Below, piece by piece: positions 38,098-47,334 of a stretch of DNA of 64,000 bases (position 1 is its first letter; each line of letters begins with the position of its first letter). The DNA is from a phage, in assembly GCA_033648345.1 (NCBI GenBank), contig GCA_033648345.1_4121.1; one strand, given 5' to 3'. The position numbers and the translations under genes were made by a program. The notes beneath the pieces were generated by a model that worked only from the letters and a program-made list of their open reading frames with translations, did not search any database and was not told the DNA's origin.

Positions 38098-38689
38098 TAC
38101 ATACTTTCGTTATCTTCGCCTAGGGCTTTCCCTACGCCCAATCCGTGGTAAGTGTGATTCACTTGCTGATTTGGATTATGCATATGCATTACATTGTGAT
38201 GGTGTTCAATATGTATTAGGTGACTATGGCACATTCGAAGAATCCAATGACAGTTCAGAAATTATTGCTGGTGTTGCTAACCTTAACAACATTGCCAATA
38301 GTTCTCGTCATGAAATCGTTCTTGAAATTCAGAACTTCATTGAGAAAAATACTGGCAAGCGTACATGGTCATATGTCGGTACTGATGCACAAATGTCAAT
38401 CGCATTTGGTAACGAAGATGGTTATGTAGCACAACTTATTATGGATTTCGAATCAGAAGAGAAGTTCCTAGAATACAAGGAAAAAATCATCCAATCCTTG
38501 TTGCAAATGGGTATTCCTGAAGATCGTATGCCTGAAATTCAAAGCATTGATGAGTTTGTTCTTATCCCATCTGATGAAAAATATGATGCGATGTTTACAG
38601 CACTGAACATTCCTGGTGTAGTTGTTGAGTACTTCGATGATGGTGATGGTGACATTTACCTAGATCTCGACGACGATGATGATGAATAA
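38033..38689 (+). CDS. Hypothetical protein with poly-acidic C-terminus
   Basis: 218 aa track ORF; no in-frame ATG near 5' end so start is uncertain (TTG/GTG); ends YFDDGDGDIYLDLDDDDDE. Confidence 0.45.
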   Translation: MTTTATTFILLRSITLTNTNTNTYFRYLRLGLSLRPIRGKCDSLADLDYAYALHCDGVQYVLGDYGTFEESNDSSEIIAGVANLNNIANSSRHEIVLEIQNFIEKNTGKRTWSYVGTDAQMSIAFGNEDGYVAQLIMDFESEEKFLEYKEKIIQSLLQMGIPEDRMPEIQSIDEFVLIPSDEKYDAMFTALNIPGVVVEYFDDGDGDIYLDLDDDDDE

Positions 38690-38695
38690 CACATA

Positions 38696-38723
38696 TAGCC
38701 CGACATAAGTTCGGGCTATTTTT
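38696..38723 (+). terminator. Rho-independent terminator
   Basis: TAGCCCGA-CATAAGT-TCGGGCTA 8 bp hairpin followed by TTTTT. Confidence 0.7.
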
Positions 38724-38735
38724 GTAAGGGGAAAT

Positions 38736-39005
38736 ATGAATTACAAACATATACAATTCACTTATATGGAATTATTTAAATTACACCATAATCACAGAAG
38801 TACTAACACAATTAATAAAAATGCGTTTACTCATAAATTATGGTCAAATTACCTAGAAGAATTACGTGAGTATTTTATTGATACTGAAATTTTCATTAAT
38901 GGAAAAAAACGAAAGATACTTAGAGTCGATAGTTTTGGTGGTAGATTAGTACTTTCATATAAATTTGATAACGACTTATTCTCTGTTGATTTGGTGAATA
39001 TATGA
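38736..39005 (+). CDS. Family C small protein
   Basis: 89 aa; N-terminal HIQFTYMELF; paralog of the next four genes. Confidence 0.6.
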   Translation: MNYKHIQFTYMELFKLHHNHRSTNTINKNAFTHKLWSNYLEELREYFIDTEIFINGKKRKILRVDSFGGRLVLSYKFDNDLFSVDLVNI

Positions 39006-39262
39006 ATTATAAAGATTTCCAATTAACATTCAAGTGCATTCGTGACCTAGCAAATAAAAATAATAGTATATTTTTAGAAGATACATGTATTGAAATGATT
39101 AATATTGTGCGTGAGAGGATTAAAGAAAAATTCAGTACTGTAATTATCAACAACGATCATGCAGAATTTTCAGATATAATCATTAAGCTCGATGGTAAAG
39201 TAGAGGTACAGTTCTACACTGATTTTGGATTTACGAGTGTTCCTCTGGAGATATTCCCTTGA
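39002..39262 (+). CDS. Family C small protein
   Basis: 86 aa; DFQLTFKCI; ATGA overlap. Confidence 0.6.
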   Translation: MNYKDFQLTFKCIRDLANKNNSIFLEDTCIEMINIVRERIKEKFSTVIINNDHAEFSDIIIKLDGKVEVQFYTDFGFTSVPLEIFP

Positions 39263-39570
39263 AATTAAATTTGAATGATGTTCAATTCACGTATAAAAAT
39301 ATATATGGTTTGTATGACATGTATCTTTTTAGTGGGAAGATTGGTGAACATGTCGAATCAAAAGAATCACCATTTATTAATAATTACTATGATTACTTAG
39401 ATTCTATTGCTGAATATATAAAAAAGAATTACAGTACTTACACTGATGGAGATGATATATTTGAATATTCAGGTGTAAAATCTTATCAAGGTATTATCCA
39501 TGTAGAATTTCTTGAAAAAACTGATAGGGAATTTATGGAGATTAAAGTTATGAAGTTAACGGACCTATAA
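39259..39570 (+). CDS. Family C small protein
   Basis: 103 aa; DVQFTYKNIYGLY. Confidence 0.6.
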   Translation: MKLNLNDVQFTYKNIYGLYDMYLFSGKIGEHVESKESPFINNYYDYLDSIAEYIKKNYSTYTDGDDIFEYSGVKSYQGIIHVEFLEKTDREFMEIKVMKLTDL

Positions 39571-39580
39571 GAGTTGACAT

Positions 39581-39892
39581 ATGAATATTAATGATATACA
39601 ATTCACATACAAATTTTTGTATATCCAATACGCTACGGTTGATGCTGGAGAATATCTCTACGGTGAAATCTATCGTTCGGTATGGATAAAGTTTTTGGAT
39701 GAATTACATGAATATTACCATGATTTGTGTATAGTTCGTGATAATAAAATATACAAATTCCGCGATATTGTTAGTCATAGCGGTAAGCTACGATTGGAAT
39801 TAAGTACTGATAGTGATGTTGATTGGATTGGTGTAAATTTACTGGAGTTGGAGAATGAAAAACAACTTAAAGGAAATACAAGTATTTTATAA
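39581..39892 (+). CDS. Family C small protein
   Basis: 103 aa; DIQFTYKFLYIQY. Confidence 0.6.
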   Translation: MNINDIQFTYKFLYIQYATVDAGEYLYGEIYRSVWIKFLDELHEYYHDLCIVRDNKIYKFRDIVSHSGKLRLELSTDSDVDWIGVNLLELENEKQLKGNTSIL

Positions 39893-40139
39893 ATTCTTAT
39901 ACTTGTCATATGTAAAAGATGAGTACTATGAAAGTGTGTATTATTTTTTATGGCAACATTACCGTACTATAGTAAGAGATTCATATATAGGAAAATCTAT
40001 CATATCCAATGGTGAAAAATGTATATGTACTGATGTTGTTAGTTTTAATGGTTCTTTAACACTGTGTTTCAGATGCGATAATAATAGTGGGTCATTTTCA
40101 TTAAACGTATATCAGTTAGAAGGAATAAATTTTGAATAA
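39855..40139 (+). CDS. Family C small protein
   Basis: 94 aa; EIQVFYKFLYLSY. Confidence 0.6.
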   Translation: MKNNLKEIQVFYKFLYLSYVKDEYYESVYYFLWQHYRTIVRDSYIGKSIISNGEKCICTDVVSFNGSLTLCFRCDNNSGSFSLNVYQLEGINFE

Positions 40140-40332
40140 ATGTCCATATTGCAACAGTACTCAATTAGCTCGTTTCCGTTTAGATTCAGACTGGGCCACT
40201 GGTGCTGGTGATTTCTTTCCCATCAATGATGATTCGGAATACACTGAAGAACAGCACAAAGATTTTGATAAATCATGGCGACCTGACATTGAGTGCATTT
40301 ATTGCCTTAATTGTGAGCGTATCCATGACTAA
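40132..40332 (+). CDS. Zinc-ribbon protein
   Basis: 66 aa; paired CxxC motifs (CPYCNS ... CIYCLNC). Confidence 0.55.
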   Translation: MNKCPYCNSTQLARFRLDSDWATGAGDFFPINDDSEYTEEQHKDFDKSWRPDIECIYCLNCERIHD

Positions 40333-40588
40333 AGCTGAACTGATCGTGCAAACACTGCGTTTATTGAGGGATTTAGATATCCCACGCATGGATGTGAAAC
40401 TTGAAGATATCTACATTGAATCTCTTAGTGAAGATTACACCGATACCGTAATGATGCTGAATGACGTGCTTTATCGTATAGATAGCATCAGTCGTCTTGG
40501 AAGTACTTTAAAAGTGAATATGGAAAGAGTTGATAAACTTTACGTACATATATATAGTCTACCCATTTCAATATTAAACTATAGATGA
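40325..40588 (+). CDS. Hypothetical protein
   Basis: Track ORF 40202..40588; in-frame ATG at 40325 (MTKAELIV) overlaps upstream stop. Confidence 0.5.
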   Translation: MTKAELIVQTLRLLRDLDIPRMDVKLEDIYIESLSEDYTDTVMMLNDVLYRIDSISRLGSTLKVNMERVDKLYVHIYSLPISILNYR

Positions 40589-40875
40589 ATATTATATTGA
40601 TACAAAAAACATATGCGTTATTGATGAAAGAATATACTAATACTTATGATGAAAAGTGCAGTGCAAATCATAATATGTATAAATTCATTACTCAAGAGTA
40701 CAGGGATTATATATATGCTGCGTTAGTTGGTAGATATTTCAGTACTAAAAAACGTAAAGAACTCAAAGTTGTAGATATTACTTTTTTCTACAACGGGCAT
40801 ATAACAATTCATGGTGTGGAACATAATTCACAAATATATCGTAACTACTCATCCAATGAGGTAACATTTTTATGA
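40585..40875 (+). CDS. Family C small protein
   Basis: 96 aa; LIQKTYALLMKEY; ATGA overlap. Confidence 0.55.
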   Translation: MNIILIQKTYALLMKEYTNTYDEKCSANHNMYKFITQEYRDYIYAALVGRYFSTKKRKELKVVDITFFYNGHITIHGVEHNSQIYRNYSSNEVTFL

Positions 40876-41045
40876 GAGCATTATTTTTTATCTGGAGTCT
40901 TTTCTCACTAGCAGTACTGACAGTAAGTGGGATTTGTTTACTTTCGACAATGAATGTCTGGTACATTAATTTACTATTCCCATTCGTAGGTGTAGGTTTA
41001 GGATTTACTTTACATAGTGTTTGTAAGGATTTTAATGGCAAATAA
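40872..41045 (+). CDS. Small membrane protein (57 aa)
   Basis: Read by hand; ATGA overlap with upstream gene; two hydrophobic segments; below track cutoff. Confidence 0.35.
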   Translation: MRALFFIWSLFSLAVLTVSGICLLSTMNVWYINLLFPFVGVGLGFTLHSVCKDFNGK

Positions 41046-41319
41046 ATCGAATGAAGTACTTGTTGCTGAAACAATGAAGATGGTTTATGCCATAACAACT
41101 AGTAATGATTTGTCTTACCCAATTAAGTCCAAGTTGAGGGATATAACTCTTCAGGTTATACAGCAGTACTACAAATCTAAACACAAAAGTATTATTAATG
41201 TTTATCGTGACTATGAAAGGATTCGCATTTTGTTCTGGAACAAGAATCGAGTTCGTTCGGAATGTGATATAGAAAACTTTAAATTTGAGAATCTTTATTG
41301 TTACAAAGCGGGACAATAG
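41035..41319 (+). CDS. Hypothetical protein
   Basis: Track ORF 41017..41319; in-frame ATG at 41035 (MANKSNEV). Confidence 0.5.
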   Translation: MANKSNEVLVAETMKMVYAITTSNDLSYPIKSKLRDITLQVIQQYYKSKHKSIINVYRDYERIRILFWNKNRVRSECDIENFKFENLYCYKAGQ

Positions 41320-41337
41320 CTCAAGTGGTGATATAAT
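41311..41337 (+). promoter_or_regulatory. Candidate promoter with extended -10 (GTGATATAAT)
   Basis: TGaTATAAT box about 35 nt upstream of RBS AAGGAG; -35 weak (GGACAA). Confidence 0.4.
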
Positions 41338-41377
41338 ATTGGATGAGGAACAATAACTAACACAAGGAGTGTGTAAA

Positions 41378-42106
41378 GTGCTTGACCGTATCCGTTTCGC
41401 TACAGAGATGGCGAATCAACTCAATATTGCAAATTTCCAAATGTTAACATCTGTTATGGCTGAACATGCTGCGGCATATTCATCTAGCGGTATACAATGT
41501 GGACAAGCTAACATGTTAGCTGATGTTTATAGTGAAGTTCAAAGCAAACAATATAGCGTAAAGACATACAAGGATAAGTTCGTAAGTCTTTATATGAATG
41601 AAGATATTTCAGAAGACCGCAAATTCACCGATTTTATTATTGAACGCCGTATTAGTGGGGTTTCAGACCCAAATGCAGCAAGTGATATTGTATTCGATGA
41701 GGTATTAAAAGATATATATGAAAATGAATTGAAAAGTAAGAATCATTACAATGTACGTGAAACTAACACAGTGCTAGTTGGATATGATGAAGACGACCAA
41801 TATTTCTATTTTCGTATAACAGAAGTTCCATTTGAATATAAAAAACCATCCACTACATCGGTAAAAGAATTCACTGAGAAGAGTAAAAACTTCAAGAAAC
41901 ACGAAGGAAACCGTTGTAGTATTAATGGTTATGATGAAAATGGTGTTCATGTTTATGAATGGGTTTCACCTAATTGCCAAACATACACCCGTTGCTTAAA
42001 GAAACGTTATAATTTAGAAGATAATGAATCCTTCTACTTTAAAGTTAAGAAACAAGGTTATACTCGCCCTGAAGATTCAGAATTGATGGGTATGGTATAT
42101 TTCTAA
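41378..42106 (+). CDS. Hypothetical protein
   Basis: Track ORF 41369..42106 (GTG); second in-frame GTG at 41378 has better spacing from AAGGAG. Confidence 0.55.
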   Translation: MLDRIRFATEMANQLNIANFQMLTSVMAEHAAAYSSSGIQCGQANMLADVYSEVQSKQYSVKTYKDKFVSLYMNEDISEDRKFTDFIIERRISGVSDPNAASDIVFDEVLKDIYENELKSKNHYNVRETNTVLVGYDEDDQYFYFRITEVPFEYKKPSTTSVKEFTEKSKNFKKHEGNRCSINGYDENGVHVYEWVSPNCQTYTRCLKKRYNLEDNESFYFKVKKQGYTRPEDSELMGMVYF

Positions 42107-42115
42107 GGAACTGTT

Positions 42116-42397
42116 ATGGATTTTTACCTACACACATGGTCATACGAACAATACATTACATTATATCTTGAGATTATTAATACTGATCCCAGATATGGTT
42201 GTGATTTCGCTGATATTATAAAAGAGTATGCAGATGAGTTTGAGTTTGTATATCTTGGTTCTGAACTATTTGTAAAGAGTGTAGGTAAAACCGGACGCAT
42301 CACTGAAATTGATTATGATACTGTTAGTGTGAATTTCTATGTTGATTTTCCTTGTGATGGCGTTGATGGTGTATATTGTCTATATGAAATAATTTAA
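42116..42397 (+). CDS. Hypothetical protein
   Basis: 93 aa track ORF. Confidence 0.5.
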   Translation: MDFYLHTWSYEQYITLYLEIINTDPRYGCDFADIIKEYADEFEFVYLGSELFVKSVGKTGRITEIDYDTVSVNFYVDFPCDGVDGVYCLYEII

Positions 42398-42404
42398 ATT
42401 TTAA

Positions 42405-42428
42405 GGCCAGCGTTTGCTGGTCTTTTTT
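42405..42428 (+). terminator. Rho-independent terminator
   Basis: GCCAGC-GTTT-GCTGG hairpin followed by TCTTTTTT. Confidence 0.55.
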
Positions 42429-42441
42429 CGCAGGTACAAAG

Positions 42442-42744
42442 ATGCTCAGTATAGATTTAATTAACAGTACTATAAAGTTGTTGGCTGATGTAGTGAGAGA
42501 ATCCAATGGAACTGTATACACATCAATGTATAAAATCTTTGAACGATACATCAAGGATTGTAATATATCCTTATATGGACTGGCTGTTGATATAGACGAC
42601 CACTATGAAATTAATACTTCATATAAAACTGGAATGTTAATTGGTATTAATATAAAGATGGGATATTTTCCTTATTACTGTATAGGATTACCAGATAGTA
42701 CTATGGTAGATTACCCAGCCAGTACTATTAAACTAAGAGGATAG
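42442..42744 (+). CDS. Hypothetical protein
   Basis: 100 aa track ORF. Confidence 0.5.
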   Translation: MLSIDLINSTIKLLADVVRESNGTVYTSMYKIFERYIKDCNISLYGLAVDIDDHYEINTSYKTGMLIGINIKMGYFPYYCIGLPDSTMVDYPASTIKLRG

Positions 42745-42748
42745 AATT

Positions 42749-43438
42749 TTGATTAAAGATTTAGATAGAATTTTATATGTACTGAGGGGTGTAATTACAT
42801 TACAACCACAGGTTAATCGTATGGAGAGAGCCTTTGAATTAAAATCAAGAGAAACTCCATATTCACATATATCAAATGTAGTTGGATCATTCAGTACTGA
42901 AGACTCGCCTTATGATATTTGTGTATGTGAAGTACAGCCAAGTTCGGATCTTGGATTTGCTATTTTTGATAAAAATCAAAATCTCATTAGTATGTTTCAG
43001 TGCAATAATCCTTTTTGGAAAACATGCCTGTATCCAGAGTGGGCTATGCTTGATCCAACAAAGAGTTCCATTAAAGTATATGACTCTAAAAATGATGAAG
43101 TCGTTATTGATTTGGATGAGTCAATGTCAGAGGAAGAACACTTTCAGCTAATGATGATGCGTGCTATGCCTGAGTACCATGCAATGATTAACACGGTGCA
43201 ATACATTAAGGATACCATGCCATCATTGCGTACACATGAGTTTTGCCATCCTGTATTGTATGAACATTTGGATTTAGATTTCAGTACTATTAAATTTAAA
43301 GATAATGTTATTAATTACATTCAAGAGAATGTTAAATTTGATTTTATTAGTACAATGACAAATAATCCAAATACTAATTTCAGGCATCAGTACAATGAAT
43401 CTTTGTCTGGTGGTCGTGATACAACTTGGTGGAAATAA
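42749..43438 (+). CDS. Family B-like protein
   Basis: 229 aa; TTG start after RBS AGAGGA; motif SEEEHFQLMMMRAM. Confidence 0.5.
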   Translation: MIKDLDRILYVLRGVITLQPQVNRMERAFELKSRETPYSHISNVVGSFSTEDSPYDICVCEVQPSSDLGFAIFDKNQNLISMFQCNNPFWKTCLYPEWAMLDPTKSSIKVYDSKNDEVVIDLDESMSEEEHFQLMMMRAMPEYHAMINTVQYIKDTMPSLRTHEFCHPVLYEHLDLDFSTIKFKDNVINYIQENVKFDFISTMTNNPNTNFRHQYNESLSGGRDTTWWK

Positions 43439-43439
43439 T

Positions 43440-43703
43440 ATGAATATCCAAGATAGATTGCAATTGTTGCACACACTTGAAGAAGCTGCTTTTGAACTTG
43501 TTAATAAAATTGCACAAGAACTCCCAAAAGGAACCAAAGTTCGTGTTCGTGAAATGGATTATTTAACGGGAAAAATTGATGAAAAAGTTCTAACAGTGAT
43601 CAAAGTAACATACTATGAATCTGAGTTATCAATTCAATGTAAGTCGGATAATGGTTACGTTTCCTACTATGGCACAGATGTAGATATAGAGGTAATAAAA
43701 TGA
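43440..43703 (+). CDS. Family D small protein
   Basis: Track ORF 43395..43703; in-frame ATG at 43440; PKGTKVRVREMDY...VIKVTY pattern shared with family D. Confidence 0.5.
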   Translation: MNIQDRLQLLHTLEEAAFELVNKIAQELPKGTKVRVREMDYLTGKIDEKVLTVIKVTYYESELSIQCKSDNGYVSYYGTDVDIEVIK

Positions 43704-44842
43704 CCCTTTTACAAATATATGAAGATTTAATGCACTTATGTAATACCCGTGAGGCTTTCTTTTATGTGGATCATAAAAGTCCTGCTGGTGGAACGTATCG
43801 TGTATTCAGTTATCGTCTAGCATCATATACTGATTTCATGCAACCCAATGCATTAGAAACCCGTGGTTCTATGTGGGAAATTGATGAAGAAGGTAATATG
43901 ATTCGTTGTGCTGCTCGTACTATGAAAAAGTTCTTCAATGCTTACGAGAATCCTGCTACAATGTTCCCTGCTGATACCACATTCGATGACATTGCAGTAG
44001 TGATGCCTAAGTTGGATGGTTCAGTAATCAGTACTTACCGTGATAATGACGGTGTAATTCGTTGTAAATCACATACTGCATTGTATTCAGACCATGCGAT
44101 TAACAGTGCTCGTCTTCTCAATGAGAACCAAAATTTGTATCAATACATTGACGAAGCAGACCGTTTGGGCTATACTGTTAATCTGGAGTATACAAGTCCA
44201 GAGTACCGTATTGTATTACCATATCAGGTTGAACAATTATTTGTACTAAACGTTCGCAATCGTAAGAGTGGTGAACTATTATGTGGTTCTGCATTACGTA
44301 ATAAGTTCCCATGCCTTGCACAGTACAGTACTAACATGACAGGTAAAGATATTCATCACACTTTCCCTGCTCGTGCTACATTCAAAGAAAGTGTTGAAGA
44401 AGTTAAGAAAATGCTTGACATTGAAGGTTTTGTGTGCATCCTAAATAATGGTACAATGTGCAAAATCAAAACCGACTGGTATTGTTCTTTGCATTTAACG
44501 AAAGACAGTATTATAATCGATTCCCATTTATATGAAGCTGTATTAAATGGTTCGAGTGATGATTTAAAACAGTTGTTCAGTACTGACGAATATGCTACCC
44601 AAAAGATATTAAGAATGGAACAACTAGTCTTTTCGTGCTATAATGCTTTACAAGATGAAGTTGAAAGCTTCGTCAAGGAACACAAGCACTTGGAGCGAAA
44701 GGAATTCGCTAAGAAGGTTCAGGAGTGTTTAACTAATGAACTGAATCGTCAGGGCTTGGCCTTTGCAATGTACAACAATAAGAAAGTCGATTACAAAGAG
44801 ACTCTTATTAAGTACATGAAAATTGTACTAAAGGATTTTTAG
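43700..44842 (+). CDS. rnlA: RNA ligase 1 (T4 RnlA-like)
   Basis: 380 aa; N-terminal region closely matches T4 Rnl1 from memory (FFYxDxxSxxGxTYRxFSYxxASYxD...ALExRG); KxDG adenylation motif MPKLDGS; C-terminal KIKxDWY. Confidence 0.8.
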   Translation: MTLLQIYEDLMHLCNTREAFFYVDHKSPAGGTYRVFSYRLASYTDFMQPNALETRGSMWEIDEEGNMIRCAARTMKKFFNAYENPATMFPADTTFDDIAVVMPKLDGSVISTYRDNDGVIRCKSHTALYSDHAINSARLLNENQNLYQYIDEADRLGYTVNLEYTSPEYRIVLPYQVEQLFVLNVRNRKSGELLCGSALRNKFPCLAQYSTNMTGKDIHHTFPARATFKESVEEVKKMLDIEGFVCILNNGTMCKIKTDWYCSLHLTKDSIIIDSHLYEAVLNGSSDDLKQLFSTDEYATQKILRMEQLVFSCYNALQDEVESFVKEHKHLERKEFAKKVQECLTNELNRQGLAFAMYNNKKVDYKETLIKYMKIVLKDF

Positions 44843-44871
44843 TACTATCTAGCCTAGCACAAGGAGAAGTG

Positions 44872-45126
44872 ATGGCTAAACCTAAGTATAAAAATGACGG
44901 TTCCCTTTCTCCGACAGAATTCAGGAAAATACAAGAAGAAATCGATGAATTACAGCACAAACGCTCTAAGAAAGGTGTGAAGATTAGTAAGAAACGAATC
45001 GAGAATACTTTCGGGTGTAGTAGTACTGAATACAAGAAGAAAAGGAAACCAAAAGGTGTTAAGCCGAGAATACATGATGTAACTCGCTATACATCAAAAC
45101 GTGAAAATAAATTCGACCCACTATAA
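44872..45126 (+). CDS. Small highly basic protein
   Basis: Track ORF 44869 (GTG); ATG at 44872 after AAGGAGAAG; Lys/Arg-rich. Confidence 0.5.
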   Translation: MAKPKYKNDGSLSPTEFRKIQEEIDELQHKRSKKGVKISKKRIENTFGCSSTEYKKKRKPKGVKPRIHDVTRYTSKRENKFDPL

Positions 45127-45135
45127 GGAGTTCAT

Positions 45136-45372
45136 ATGAAAGTTGAAGTTCAGCATAGTATTGTTCAGGATATGTCAGTAGTTAAATTTCTTTCCTTGAA
45201 AGATTATTTCAGATGTATCAAGTTCCTAGAAGAATCTCAATTACAGTGGACCCCATTAAAGTACAGTTCATCCAATGATACTGCTAGTATTCGTTGTGAT
45301 GAATCTGTACTTGTGAAAATCTCCAAGCGATTTGGGATTGGGAAATACAATGATAAACAATGCACAAAGTAA
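45136..45372 (+). CDS. Hypothetical protein
   Basis: 78 aa track ORF. Confidence 0.5.
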   Translation: MKVEVQHSIVQDMSVVKFLSLKDYFRCIKFLEESQLQWTPLKYSSSNDTASIRCDESVLVKISKRFGIGKYNDKQCTK

Positions 45373-45661
45373 TTTACTATATATAAAGTCAGTAGAAGCT
45401 GAAATTAAAAATTCAGTACAAACTATCGTCGATGAAATGATTGACAAATACAAGAGCAATCTTATTGGAAAGAAAGTCAGATGTTGGGATTACACATTCA
45501 AACACTGGTACGATTCCGAGATTGTGAAAGTTGATGTGAATACTGATAGTAATGGTCTAATTAATGGTATTGCGTATATTGGTGTTTTAATACGCAAGGG
45601 AACACCACAGGAATGGCTCACATATCATAATATAGAGCATGTTAAATTTTTAGAGGATTAA
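45350..45661 (+). CDS. Family D small protein
   Basis: Track ORF 45332..45661; in-frame ATG at 45350; LIGKKVRCWDY...IVKVDV. Confidence 0.5.
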   Translation: MINNAQSNLLYIKSVEAEIKNSVQTIVDEMIDKYKSNLIGKKVRCWDYTFKHWYDSEIVKVDVNTDSNGLINGIAYIGVLIRKGTPQEWLTYHNIEHVKFLED

Positions 45662-45664
45662 AGG

Positions 45665-46597
45665 ATGCCAACTATCACACTAACAGTTGGATTGCCTGGG
45701 TGTGGTAAAACTACATGGGCAGTGCAAGAGATTAAAAAAGCCAAATCCAAGACTATCAACATCAACCGTGATGATATTCGTGAATCTATGGCTGGGTCAC
45801 ATGATGCTTACAAATTCAACGATGCTAATGAGCAGTACGTAACTAATTTACAGTTCAGTGCAGCAAATTCAGCAGCAGAGAATGGTTGGAACATCATCAT
45901 ATCCGATACGAACCTTAAACAACATTTCCGTAATCTATGGAAAGTATGGGCTATAGATAATGGTTATGATTACAAAGAAAAGAACTTCTATGATGATTTT
46001 GTACCTAATGAAGACCGTGGTGCAGATGTTCATGAATTCTTTAAGATTAAAGAGTTCGTAAAACTTTGTAAGAAATATAACCTCCAGCGTGAGCGTTCAG
46101 TACAAGATAATATCATTGACACTATGGCAGATACGTACTATTATAGTAAAGCATTGCACATTGGTTACTATGGTAATTCACGAGAAGCTGCTATTATCGT
46201 TGATATCGACGGTACTCTTGCTCATAAATGGGGCCGTAACCCGTTCGATGAAAGTACTGTACTCCAGGATACACCAGACGAAGAAGTTATTTTATCTGTT
46301 ATCGCTGAAGCAGTTTTTCATAAACGCAAGATTATCGTCATGAGTGGGCGTACTGAAGGGTGTCGTGCTGATACCGAACAGTGGCTTAAGAATTGGGGTG
46401 TTCCTTATGATGCGTTGTTTATGCGAGGCATCGATGACAAACGTCCTGATGATGTTGTAAAATTCGACCTGTACATGAAAAATGTGGTTGATCATTACGA
46501 TGTTAAAAAGGTTTATGATGATAGATCACAAGTTGTATTCATGTGGCGTAAGCTACTTGGGTTGAAAGTAATGCAAGTTGCTGAAGGTAATTTCTAA
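45665..46597 (+). CDS. pseT: Polynucleotide 5'-kinase / 3'-phosphatase (T4 Pnk-like)
   Basis: 310 aa; N-terminal P-loop GLPGCGKTTWA and NINRDD; C-terminal HAD phosphatase motif VDIDGTLA, VMSGR, KVYDDRSQVV; collinear with T4 Pnk from memory. Confidence 0.85.
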   Translation: MPTITLTVGLPGCGKTTWAVQEIKKAKSKTININRDDIRESMAGSHDAYKFNDANEQYVTNLQFSAANSAAENGWNIIISDTNLKQHFRNLWKVWAIDNGYDYKEKNFYDDFVPNEDRGADVHEFFKIKEFVKLCKKYNLQRERSVQDNIIDTMADTYYYSKALHIGYYGNSREAAIIVDIDGTLAHKWGRNPFDESTVLQDTPDEEVILSVIAEAVFHKRKIIVMSGRTEGCRADTEQWLKNWGVPYDALFMRGIDDKRPDDVVKFDLYMKNVVDHYDVKKVYDDRSQVVFMWRKLLGLKVMQVAEGNF

Positions 46598-46603
46598 TAC
46601 AAA

Positions 46604-46633
46604 AGGGATCATATATTGGTCCCTTTTTCTTTT
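46604..46633 (+). terminator. Rho-independent terminator
   Basis: AGGGATCA-TATAT-TGGTCCCT hairpin followed by TTTTTCTTTT, 7 nt after the pseT stop. Confidence 0.65.
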
Positions 46634-46646
46634 AAGGTACATTATA

Positions 46647-46823
46647 GTGAATGTAACAACACAGATGTTATTACGAAATGAATACTTAGAAAATATAGAA
46701 AGATTCTATAGAATGTCTTTGTATAAAAATAAGCATAAAAAATATAGTTTTGATAAACTACTAAATTCTAGTACTGAAGATTATCTATTTTCATCAATGT
46801 TTTATGTGAGAGGATTATTGTAA
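46647..46823 (+). CDS. Small hypothetical protein
   Basis: Track ORF 46578..46823 crosses the terminator so its 5' part is rejected; in-frame GTG at 46647 (or ATG 46665) after AAGG. Confidence 0.3.
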   Translation: MNVTTQMLLRNEYLENIERFYRMSLYKNKHKKYSFDKLLNSSTEDYLFSSMFYVRGLL

Positions 46824-47083
46824 TGGATAAATTTCACACAGATATATCACAGATAGGTAATCTTATCAATAGTCTAATTACTGATTTAGAAGAAAAGTAC
46901 TTAGGACGAAATGTATACTTAGAAATGTATGAAACATATGGTGTTATTGATATGATTTATTACAGTGCATTGAAGTGTGAAATACGTTTAACTGTATGTT
47001 TATATGAAAAAGGTACATTTAAAAGAAGTACTGCAATTCGCCAAGTTGGAGTTGATGACATGGAATTATACGAGGAACAATGA
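46823..47083 (+). CDS. Family D small protein
   Basis: 86 aa; YLGRNVYLEMY...EIRLTV. Confidence 0.5.
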   Translation: MDKFHTDISQIGNLINSLITDLEEKYLGRNVYLEMYETYGVIDMIYYSALKCEIRLTVCLYEKGTFKRSTAIRQVGVDDMELYEEQ

Positions 47084-47334
47084 TGTTTGAGCAGGACTTA
47101 GAGCTATTCAAAAGTTATATCGAGTACTTAGTTACATTAGAAAAAGAGCTAACTACAAAGTATAAAGGTATTCGTGTTCTGTGCTGGTATGATGATTCGG
47201 ATTATAAACGTGAACTAACAATCGACCGAATCTATTTCATTGACGGTGTATTGAATGTGCATGGTGTAAATGATTTTGGACATTCATATACTTATTCGAA
47301 TAATGCTAAATTCAAGAGGATCGACCATGAATGA
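47080..47334 (+). CDS. Family D small protein
   Basis: 84 aa; YKGIRVLCWYDD...VLNVHGV; ATGA overlap. Confidence 0.5.
   Translation: MMFEQDLELFKSYIEYLVTLEKELTTKYKGIRVLCWYDDSDYKRELTIDRIYFIDGVLNVHGVNDFGHSYTYSNNAKFKRIDHE

Noticed and set aside
46578-46646. 5' part of track ORF 46578..46823 overlapping the end of pseT
   Set aside because: It crosses the strong terminator at 46604..46633; only the portion downstream of the terminator (from GTG 46647 or ATG 46665) is plausible, and even that is low confidence.
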